NCBI GenBank assembly: GCA_040901675.1 | Contig: JBBDYJ010000043.1 | Location: forward strand, 17,083 to 60,556 | Source of the DNA: Pirellulales bacterium | GTDB lineage: Bacteria > Planctomycetota > Planctomycetia > Pirellulales > JAICIG01 | Reading direction: 5' to 3' | Length of the DNA: 43,474 nt | Shown here: one piece after another, positions 36,783 to 43,474 of the stretch | Layout: each line of letters starts with the position of its first letter | Numbering within the stretch: the stretch's first letter is position 1 | Position numbers and translations under genes: made by a program | Notes under the pieces: model-generated | Databases searched by the model: none | Told to the model about the DNA's origin: nothing | Seen by the model: only the letters and a program-made list of their open reading frames with translations

Positions 36783-37153
36783 CCAAGCGCGTGCTCGACG
36801 TAGGGCAATGCCAGGCCGACCATGGCGCCATCTGCGGGCTGCTCGAAGTGCACTTTGGCGCCGAAGTGGTCCAGGCCCATGGTCTCGACGACACGCTGGC
36901 CCATTTGCGCGCGGGCCGCTTCGACCTGGTGCTGATCAATCGCAAGCTCGACGCCGACTCCAGCGACGGCATGCACGTCCTGCGGGCGATCAAGGCCGAT
37001 CCCCGGCTGAGCGACCGGCCGGTCATGCTCGTGACCAATTACGCACAGCACCAGCAGGCGGCCCTAGCCGCCGGGGCCGAGCCGGGCTTCGGCAAGGCGC
37101 AGCTCGACGCCCCCCAGACTCACGCCGCCCTCGCCCGCCTGCTCGGCACCTGA
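36779..37153 (+). CDS. Atypical stand-alone response-regulator receiver domain
   Basis: GTGA overlap with the upstream gene; KRVLDV...FDLVLINR...DG...PVMLVT...GA...GK receiver pattern. Confidence 0.75.
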   Translation: MTKRVLDVGQCQADHGAICGLLEVHFGAEVVQAHGLDDTLAHLRAGRFDLVLINRKLDADSSDGMHVLRAIKADPRLSDRPVMLVTNYAQHQQAALAAGAEPGFGKAQLDAPQTHAALARLLGT

Positions 37154-37165
37154 ATTCACCCCACC

Positions 37166-37230
37166 CGTAGCTGAATTCTCCGGGTGCCACTGCCTGGCGG
37201 ACGCCGGCCGGGGCGTCCAAGAAGCAGTGC
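37166..37230. repeat. Partial family A REP fused to a family B palindrome
   Basis: CGTAGCTGAATTC then GGGTGCCACTGCCTGGCGGACGCCGGCCGGGGCGTCCAAGAAGCAGTGC; near-identical to 41034-41083. Confidence 0.8.
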
Positions 37231-37323
37231 TGCCTTGCCACCGGCTTCCCCCCATAGCTGAGTTCGAGCCTGCCACCTCGGGGGCCGACCCTCCTCTTGC
37301 CTTCTGCCTTCTGCCCTCTGCCT

Positions 37324-38349
37324 TCACCCCCCCTCCGTCAACTCGGCAACAATCCACATCGCGCCGGCCCCCAGGGCGCCCACCAGCGCGCCCACCGGAT
37401 AAAACCAAAAGCCAAGTTGCAGCGCAAGCCGGGTGAAAAGCGACACCATGCCGAAGGCGAACACGGCAAAGTTGAAGCCCAGCACGGCAAATAGCAACCG
37501 CCGTTTTTTGTTGGCGGCACGCTGCTCGGGATCGATCGGGGCCGTCTTGGCCGCCGGCGCGGCTGTTTTCTCGGCCGGCTTGGCCGCTGCCGCCGCCTTC
37601 GCCGGCCCGGCCGCAAGCTGCGCCGCGGCCGCCTCACGCGGAAAATACTTGTTGATCGCTTCGTGGATGCTGCCGGGCGTGCACAGCACGGTCCGCACCG
37701 GCACGCCAAACCGCAGCCGCAGTTGGTCCTCCACTTCAGGCGCCAGCGGATTGGGTGAAACCATCAGCAGCCGCCCATCGTCGATCATCAAGGGAGCACA
37801 CGAGTGCTGGCGGGCCAGTACCGCCGGCACCTGCGCAACCAGGCTCTCGTCGATTCCCACGTCGCCCACCTCCACAAACGGCAGGCCGATGCTCTCGGCG
37901 TAGGCCTGCATCACCTGTTCGGCCGGCGCCAGCTTCTGCTGCATCACCGCGTCGCGGATCTCCACCCCCACCGTCTTGGCATAGCGGCGGGCCTTGTCGA
38001 GCTGCGCCGAGTCGATCACTTTGCGGCCCACCAGGATCTCCTCCAGCGTGCGTCCCCGGCCGGCCCGCTTGTCGCTGCGGCCCTGCGACGCGTCGTATTC
38101 GGTTTTCCGGACGGTGTCGGTCAGGACCAGCATGGCCTTGGCCAACTCGTTGAGCAGCTCCTGCGACTGCGCGCCGTACTCGCCCGCCGCGTATTTGCGG
38201 ACGTGCGCGTTCATTTTGCGGTAGTTGCCGCGGACCTTAACCGGATCGTCCTCGAAAGGCTTCAACCGCAAGAGCTGGTAATAGTTCAGCGGGCGGGCAG
38301 ACTCCCTGATCCCCAACCATTCGCGGTAGACATCGAGTTCTTTGGGCAT
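37324..38349 (-). CDS. Degenerate J-domain + GspE/PilB N-terminal (MshEN-like) domain + two C-terminal TM helices
   Basis: NYYQLL...NYRK...LNELAKAMLVLTD...RKTEYD (J-like, no HPD); TLEEILVGRKVIDSAQLDKA...IGLPFVEV...LARQHSCAPL (T2SSE_N-like); hydrophobic C-terminus. Confidence 0.7.
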   Translation of the reverse strand: MPKELDVYREWLGIRESARPLNYYQLLRLKPFEDDPVKVRGNYRKMNAHVRKYAAGEYGAQSQELLNELAKAMLVLTDTVRKTEYDASQGRSDKRAGRGRTLEEILVGRKVIDSAQLDKARRYAKTVGVEIRDAVMQQKLAPAEQVMQAYAESIGLPFVEVGDVGIDESLVAQVPAVLARQHSCAPLMIDDGRLLMVSPNPLAPEVEDQLRLRFGVPVRTVLCTPGSIHEAINKYFPREAAAAQLAAGPAKAAAAAKPAEKTAAPAAKTAPIDPEQRAANKKRRLLFAVLGFNFAVFAFGMVSLFTRLALQLGFWFYPVGALVGALGAGAMWIVAELTEGG

Positions 38350-38415
38350 GGCAGGCAGGCAAGGACGGCTGGTACGCGGCAAGGCGATCAAGCCCAGCGG
38401 CCGGCGTCGGGCACC

Positions 38416-39993
38416 TTATTCAACCAGGTACTGGCTGGCCAGGTTCGTGTACGAATCGATCTGAGTGTCGTCGAGCCCTCCGCGGCGTTCGATCTCGATA
38501 GCGGCCTCGTTGCCTCCGGTCTTGTCGCGGGCCCGCACCTTGACCCGGCCGTCCGTCCCGAAGGCGTAAGTCACCTCGATCGGTGCCCCCTTGGGCAGGT
38601 TCGGCGGCAACTGGCTGATCCGGCAGTTGCCGATCAGCGAGCAGGCGTCCGGATCGGGAGCGTCCCCCTCGATCACCTTGACCGTCACCCGCGTCTGGCC
38701 TTCCTCGTTGGTGTTGAACGTCCGCTGCACCTCGACCGGCAGCCGCGTGTTGCGAGGGATCATCAGGTGGTTGATCAGCTTGCCCGTCTTGAGATTCTTG
38801 ACCGCGATCCCCAGCCCGTGCGAATTGACGTCCTCCTGCTTCACGTTTTTCAGGTAGCGGCGGACCTTCTCCGCCAGTTCGCTCTTGTCACCCCGGAACC
38901 TGGCCTCCAGGATGGCCGCGTGGATGGCCGCACCCTGCGCCACGGCCGTGTGCGGCGAGAGGCCCTGGAAGGGCTTCTTGCCGGTGACCTGCTCGAGCAT
39001 CCGCGGCACCTTGGGCATCAACGTCGATCCGCCGACGAGCACGATGGCGTCCAACTGGTCAGGCGTGATCTTGGCCTGGTCGATCACCAACTCCGTCGTG
39101 TCGATGGTCCGCTGCAGGAGATCCGCCGTCAGATCCTCGAACTGCTCGCGGGTAATCGTGACCGAGATGCTCTTGCCTTCGTGCCGGCAAACAATCGAAG
39201 CCTGCATCTGCTCGGAAAGCGCGATCTTGGCCAGGTCGCAGTCGTTCCGGAGCACCTGGGCCGTCGAGGCCGAATCGCGGGGATTGATGCCGTGCTTGGC
39301 CTTGAACTCGTCGGCGATGTAATTCAAGAGCCGGTCGTTCCAATCCACCCCCCCCAGGTATACGTCGCCATCGGTGGCCAGTACCTGGAAGCGCGTGGGC
39401 GTGTACTTCACCACCGTCACGTCGAACGTGCCCCCTCCCAGGTCATAGACCAGCGCCATCCGCGGGCGGTCCATCTTGTGTTCGGCCGCCCCCAGCTCGC
39501 CGCGGTGCCAGGCATAGGTGAGCGTCGCCGCCGTCGGCTCGTTGATGATGTCGATCACGTTCAGCCCGGAGATGCGTCCCGCATCCTGCGTCGCCTTCCG
39601 CCGCGCGTCGTTGAAGTAGTACGGCACGGTGATCACGGCATTGCCGATCGGCCCGATCTGCTTCTCGGCGTCTTGCCGCAGCTTCTTCAAGATCAGCGCC
39701 GACAGGAACTCGGGCGTGATCTCGTGCCCGTCGAACGTGCGCTTGTAGTCGATGCTGCCCATGTGCCGCTTGACGCGCTCGACGACGTGCTCCGGGTCTT
39801 CCATGGCCGCACGCGTCCGGCTGGGCCCCACGATCACGTGGCCCGTGTCGGCCAGCAGGATCAGGCTGGGCGTCTCGATTTGTTCTTCTTCGTTCGGCAG
39901 CGCCACAGGATTGCCCTCGCCGTCCAGTTGCGCGATGGCCGAAAACGTGGTGCCCAGATCGATCCCGACCGTCTGGCCTTCTTTGAATTCCAT
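38416..39993 (-). CDS. Hsp70 family protein (non-canonical DnaK paralogue without the C-terminal lid)
   Basis: GIDLGTT, ITVPYYF, INEPTAA, YDLGGGTFD and VGGST motifs; 525 aa. Confidence 0.92.
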   Translation of the reverse strand: MEFKEGQTVGIDLGTTFSAIAQLDGEGNPVALPNEEEQIETPSLILLADTGHVIVGPSRTRAAMEDPEHVVERVKRHMGSIDYKRTFDGHEITPEFLSALILKKLRQDAEKQIGPIGNAVITVPYYFNDARRKATQDAGRISGLNVIDIINEPTAATLTYAWHRGELGAAEHKMDRPRMALVYDLGGGTFDVTVVKYTPTRFQVLATDGDVYLGGVDWNDRLLNYIADEFKAKHGINPRDSASTAQVLRNDCDLAKIALSEQMQASIVCRHEGKSISVTITREQFEDLTADLLQRTIDTTELVIDQAKITPDQLDAIVLVGGSTLMPKVPRMLEQVTGKKPFQGLSPHTAVAQGAAIHAAILEARFRGDKSELAEKVRRYLKNVKQEDVNSHGLGIAVKNLKTGKLINHLMIPRNTRLPVEVQRTFNTNEEGQTRVTVKVIEGDAPDPDACSLIGNCRISQLPPNLPKGAPIEVTYAFGTDGRVKVRARDKTGGNEAAIEIERRGGLDDTQIDSYTNLASQYLVE

Positions 39994-40338
39994 GTGCGTC
40001 TATGATCTCGAGAGGCGAAGCTGAGTTGGCGATTGTCGGACGCCGGTGGCCGCTAGTCAAGAACCGCCCGCCAGGCCGCCGATCTGCTTCGATGCGCGTG
40101 TACCCGGCTTCCTTACCCCCGGCACGTTGGCGGCAGCCGGCGCGTCGCGCCTTGAATTGCAATGGACCGAAAAGGACAAGCGGCTGGCAGCGCGTCCCGA
40201 GCTGCTCCGACTGGCAGAGAGGTGACTCACCCGCCCATCCAGCATCTTATTAGCCTAATTGCCGCCGCCGCACCTCGTCAAGGATCAACCACCATCGGGT
40301 CCACATCGCGCATCGCTGGCATTCCCCATCCCTATCCC

Positions 40339-40373
40339 GCGGCCGCCCCGCCGCTGGATAGGCGGGGCGGCCG
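40339..40373. terminator. GC-rich hairpin downstream of the 40421-40756 gene
   Basis: CGGCCGCCCCGCC-loop-GGCGGGGCGGCCG; no clear U-tract. Confidence 0.4.
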
Positions 40374-40420
40374 AAGGTTGATCGCCGCCGCTAAGAAAAG
40401 CCGGGCCGTCGTCCGACTCC

Positions 40421-40756
40421 TTAGTAAAGAACCGCCATGCCACGGCGGGGCAGCACATAGCCCGGATAGTAGCCGCGGTAGACCGGACCATAGACCGGCC
40501 CAATCGCCGGCCCATAGCTCGGCCCATAGCTCGGCCCGTACCTCGGTCCCACGTAAACGCGAGGCGCCGGCACAAACCGCGGGGTCACCACGCGAGCAGC
40601 CGGAACCACCACGCGGGCCGGCAGCCGCATCACCGGCCGAACCCCATAGCCATAACCGAAGCCGACAACCCTGCGGACAGGGGCCGCCGCCATAGCCGAT
40701 TCACTAGCAACGAACAGTCCCACCAACACCGCCAATGTGATCGCAACCCGCTTCAT
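40421..40756 (-). CDS. Small secreted Gly/Tyr/Pro/Val-rich protein
   Basis: AAGGAGA RBS, signal peptide MKRVAITLAVLVGLFVASESAMA, YGP repeats. Confidence 0.75.
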   Translation of the reverse strand: MKRVAITLAVLVGLFVASESAMAAAPVRRVVGFGYGYGVRPVMRLPARVVVPAARVVTPRFVPAPRVYVGPRYGPSYGPSYGPAIGPVYGPVYRGYYPGYVLPRRGMAVLY

Positions 40757-41033
40757 CGACTTGTCTCCTTTCAAAAGAAACCCACCGGAACCCACCCGAC
40801 CCACGCCTTGAGGTTGTTGGTGGCCGGTGTTGGCAGGGCGAAAAGCACGTTGCGCGCCAAGGCGGACGTGGCCGCATATTTCCCGCAAAAGGACCCGATT
40901 GCCCCCCCGTGTCTCGGAGAAAATGAGACAGGATCTATAACTAATTGATGACATGATCAAATCAGAATGACGACAGAGATCGCCCCACTGTCCCAAAAAA
41001 GCAGCGCCCAGCCCTAGCCCCACGGTTCAGGCC

Positions 41034-41135
41034 GGGTGCCACTGCTTGGCGGACGCCGGCCGGGGCGTCCAAGGAAGCAATGCCGTCTGCCATCGGATTC
41101 CCCGCCCGTAGCTGAATTCGCCAGAATTCAGGCCC
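41034..41135. repeat. Family B palindrome plus family A REP
   Basis: GGGTGCCACTGCTTGGCGGACGCC...GGCGTCCAAGGAAGCAATGC and CGTAGCTGAATTCGCCAGAATTCAGG. Confidence 0.85.
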
Positions 41136-41180
41136 CCTCTCATCCTTCCGGCGAATCCTGCTTCGCCAGGGGCCTTCCAC

Positions 41181-43301
41181 CTAGTGGATCCGCTGGCCCG
41201 GCACCGCCCCGCTGTCGGGAGACAGCAGGAAAATCTCCTCGCCCCCAGGGCCGGCCGCTACCACCATCCCCTCGCTGGTGCCGAATTGCATCTGGCGCGG
41301 AGCCAGGTTGGCGACGCAAATCACCAGGCGGCCGACGAGCTCTTCGGGCCGGTACGCGCTTTTGATCCCCGCGAACACCGTGCGGCGGACATCGCCTCCC
41401 AGGCCCAGGGTCAGCCGCAGCAGCTTCTTGGATTTCGGCACCTCTTCGGCTGCCAGCACGCGGGCCACACGCAGGTCGACCTTGGCAAAGTCGTCAAACG
41501 CGATCGTGTCGCCCAGCGGCTCGCCCGCCAGCGCATCGCCACCACCGGCAGGCGCATCACCGCCGGCAGGCGCATCGCCACCGCCGGCAGGCGCGTCGCC
41601 ACCGCCGGCAGGCGCATCGCCACCGCCGGCAGGCGCATCGCTCTGGGGCCCTTGCAAGGGGCTTTCTTCACGGCTGGCGGCGATCATGGCTTCCACCTGC
41701 GCTTTCTCGACGCGCGTCAGCATGTGCGCGAACGGGGCAACGGCACTTCCGGTAAGCGGCCGCTGCGACTCGTTCCAATGCTCGATCCGCCGGCCCAGCA
41801 GTTCGCCGGCTTGCCGGGCCAGGCCGGGGAGCACCGGGGCCAGGTAGACGGCCAACTGCCGGAACAGGTTGAGTGCCACCGTACAGACTTGTTGCAGCTC
41901 GCCGGCGCGGGCCGGGTCTTTGCGCAATGTCCACGGGGCGCGTTCTTCCACATACTTGTTGGCCCGGTCGGCCAGGACCATGATCTGCCGCATGGCCCGG
42001 TTGAAATCGCAGGCGTCGTAAGCGGCGGCAATGCTCTGGCCCTCCGCCGCCGCCTGCTCGAACAGCCCGCCGTCCTCCGGGTACGTGTCGGCAAGCCCGC
42101 TCGGCTGGGCCAGGCGGGCCGTCCGGCTGGCCAGGTTGACCACTTTGCCGACCAGGTCGCCGTTGACCTTGGCCACGAATTCGTCCAGCCCCAGGTCCAG
42201 GTCGTCCAGCTTGGGCGTGAGCTTGCTCGCGTAGTAATAGCGCACGTACGCCGGGTCCAGGTGTTCCAGGTAAGTCGACGCCCGCACGAAGGTGCCCTTC
42301 GTCTTCGACATCTTTTCCCCGCCCACCGTCAGGAATCCGTGAACGTGTACCATCCTGGGCAGATTGAACCCGGCCGCGTGCAGCATCACCGGCCAGAACA
42401 ACGTGTGAAAGTAGGTGATGTCCTTGCCGATAAAGTGATGCACCTCGGCCTGGTTGTTCCGCCACCAGGAGTCGAAGTCCTCGCCCGTGCGGCGGCACCA
42501 CTCCTGGGTCGAAGCGATGTAGCCGATCGGAGCGTCGAACCACACGTACCAGTAGTGGCCCGGCGCATCGGATATCTCGAAACCGAAGTAGGGCGCCGGC
42601 CGCGAAACGTCCCAGTCGCGCAGCGGCTCTTTCAAAAACGCCGCCGCCAGCCACCGGGCCACGTCGGCCTGCAAGTGCCCGCCCGTTTGCGTCCATTCTT
42701 CCAGGAAGCCGTGCATCTGCTCGGTGTTAATAAAGAAGTGCTCGGCGGCCCGCAGCTCCGGCCGCGCCCCGGACAGCGCGCTGACCGGGTCGATCAGCTC
42801 CGCGGGGCTGTAGGTGCTGCCGCACTTGTCGCAGCTATCGCCATACTGGTCCGGGCTGCGGCAGACCGGGCAGGTCCCCTTCACGAATCGGTCGGCCAGG
42901 AACGTGCCGGCCTGCGGGTCGTAAAGCTGGGTCACCTCGCGCTGGAAGATCAGCCCCTTCTTCCGCAGCGCCGCCCAGATCTCGCCGCACAGCTCCCGGT
43001 TGTCCGGGCTGTGCGTGCTGCCGTAGTTGTCGAACTCGATGTCAAAGCCGGCAAAGTCCCGCCGATGGGCCGCCTGCATGTCGGCGATCAAGGCTTCTTC
43101 GCTGCGGCCTTCCTGGCGGGCACGGATCATGATGGCAGTGCCGTGCGTGTCGTCCGCACAGATATAGACGCAACGGTGGCCCTGCAGCCTTTGAAAGCGG
43201 ACCCAAATGTCGGTCTGGATGTACTCGACCAGGTGCCCGATGTGGATATGGCCGTTGGCGTACGGCAGGGCACTGGTGACAAGGATGCGTCGCTGAGTCA
43301 T
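41181..43301 (-). CDS. metG: Methionine--tRNA ligase with C-terminal tRNA-binding domain
   Basis: [13 protein letters not shown], zinc-knuckle CxxC pairs, KMSKT and [10 protein letters not shown] motifs. Start reassigned to MTQ. Confidence 0.97.
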   Translation of the reverse strand: MTQRRILVTSALPYANGHIHIGHLVEYIQTDIWVRFQRLQGHRCVYICADDTHGTAIMIRARQEGRSEEALIADMQAAHRRDFAGFDIEFDNYGSTHSPDNRELCGEIWAALRKKGLIFQREVTQLYDPQAGTFLADRFVKGTCPVCRSPDQYGDSCDKCGSTYSPAELIDPVSALSGARPELRAAEHFFINTEQMHGFLEEWTQTGGHLQADVARWLAAAFLKEPLRDWDVSRPAPYFGFEISDAPGHYWYVWFDAPIGYIASTQEWCRRTGEDFDSWWRNNQAEVHHFIGKDITYFHTLFWPVMLHAAGFNLPRMVHVHGFLTVGGEKMSKTKGTFVRASTYLEHLDPAYVRYYYASKLTPKLDDLDLGLDEFVAKVNGDLVGKVVNLASRTARLAQPSGLADTYPEDGGLFEQAAAEGQSIAAAYDACDFNRAMRQIMVLADRANKYVEERAPWTLRKDPARAGELQQVCTVALNLFRQLAVYLAPVLPGLARQAGELLGRRIEHWNESQRPLTGSAVAPFAHMLTRVEKAQVEAMIAASREESPLQGPQSDAPAGGGDAPAGGGDAPAGGGDAPAGGDAPAGGGDALAGEPLGDTIAFDDFAKVDLRVARVLAAEEVPKSKKLLRLTLGLGGDVRRTVFAGIKSAYRPEELVGRLVICVANLAPRQMQFGTSEGMVVAAGPGGEEIFLLSPDSGAVPGQRIH
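41532..41640. repeat. 21-bp coding tandem repeat (DAPAGGG), about 5 copies, in the MetG linker
   Basis: GCATCGCCACCGCCGGCAGGC variants; one copy is 18 bp. Confidence 0.9.
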
Positions 43302-43469
43302 GCTCGGTTCGTAATCCAAAGACCGCGCTGGGTGGCTGGGGCAAAGCGATAAGCGTGCCCCAGTTGCGATGTGAGGAAGCTATTTTTCGGCCGATCCTGA
43401 GTCATGCTCGGTTCGTAAACAAAAGACCGCACTGGGTGGCTGGGGCAAAGCGATAAGCGTGCCCCAGTT
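43293..43469. repeat. 73-bp direct duplication (period 104) of the metG start plus an upstream hairpin
   Basis: 43293-43365 vs 43397-43469 with few mismatches; contains the CTGGGGCA...TGCCCCAG palindrome. Confidence 0.9.
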
Positions 43470-43474
43470 TTCGT

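Noticed and set aside
38416..39993. Calling the Hsp70 dnaK
   Set aside because: Too short, no lid, altered linker, and no grpE/dnaJ context.

Overview
High-GC bacterial chromosome segment. Gene content and repeat types suggest Planctomycetota (inference). Housekeeping and conserved genes: kamA-like radical SAM plus a Ddl-like ATP-grasp gene, trxA, yhdH/acuI, archease-rtcB, tex, LOG, hemD-hemE fusion with hemG/hemY, metG. Also present: a surface-glycan locus (FkbM, three GT4-like, MBOAT, partner), two PQQ-type beta-propeller proteins with an atypical receiver, and a lid-less Hsp70 beside a degenerate J-domain/MshEN-like membrane protein. The most unusual region is 9.58-11.66 kb. Two Y1/HUH (RAYT-like) transposase units encoding identical proteins, each bounded by inverted hairpin ends, enclose about 470 bp of a lower-GC foreign gene fragment, and three of the four junctions carry short reiterations of element end plus flank. 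Several REP-like palindrome families are scattered through the window, often as local duplications that include flanking sequence, and one is inserted in frame in a protein. No rRNA, tRNA or CRISPR array was recognised. All calls come from reading the sequence by eye; no searches were run.
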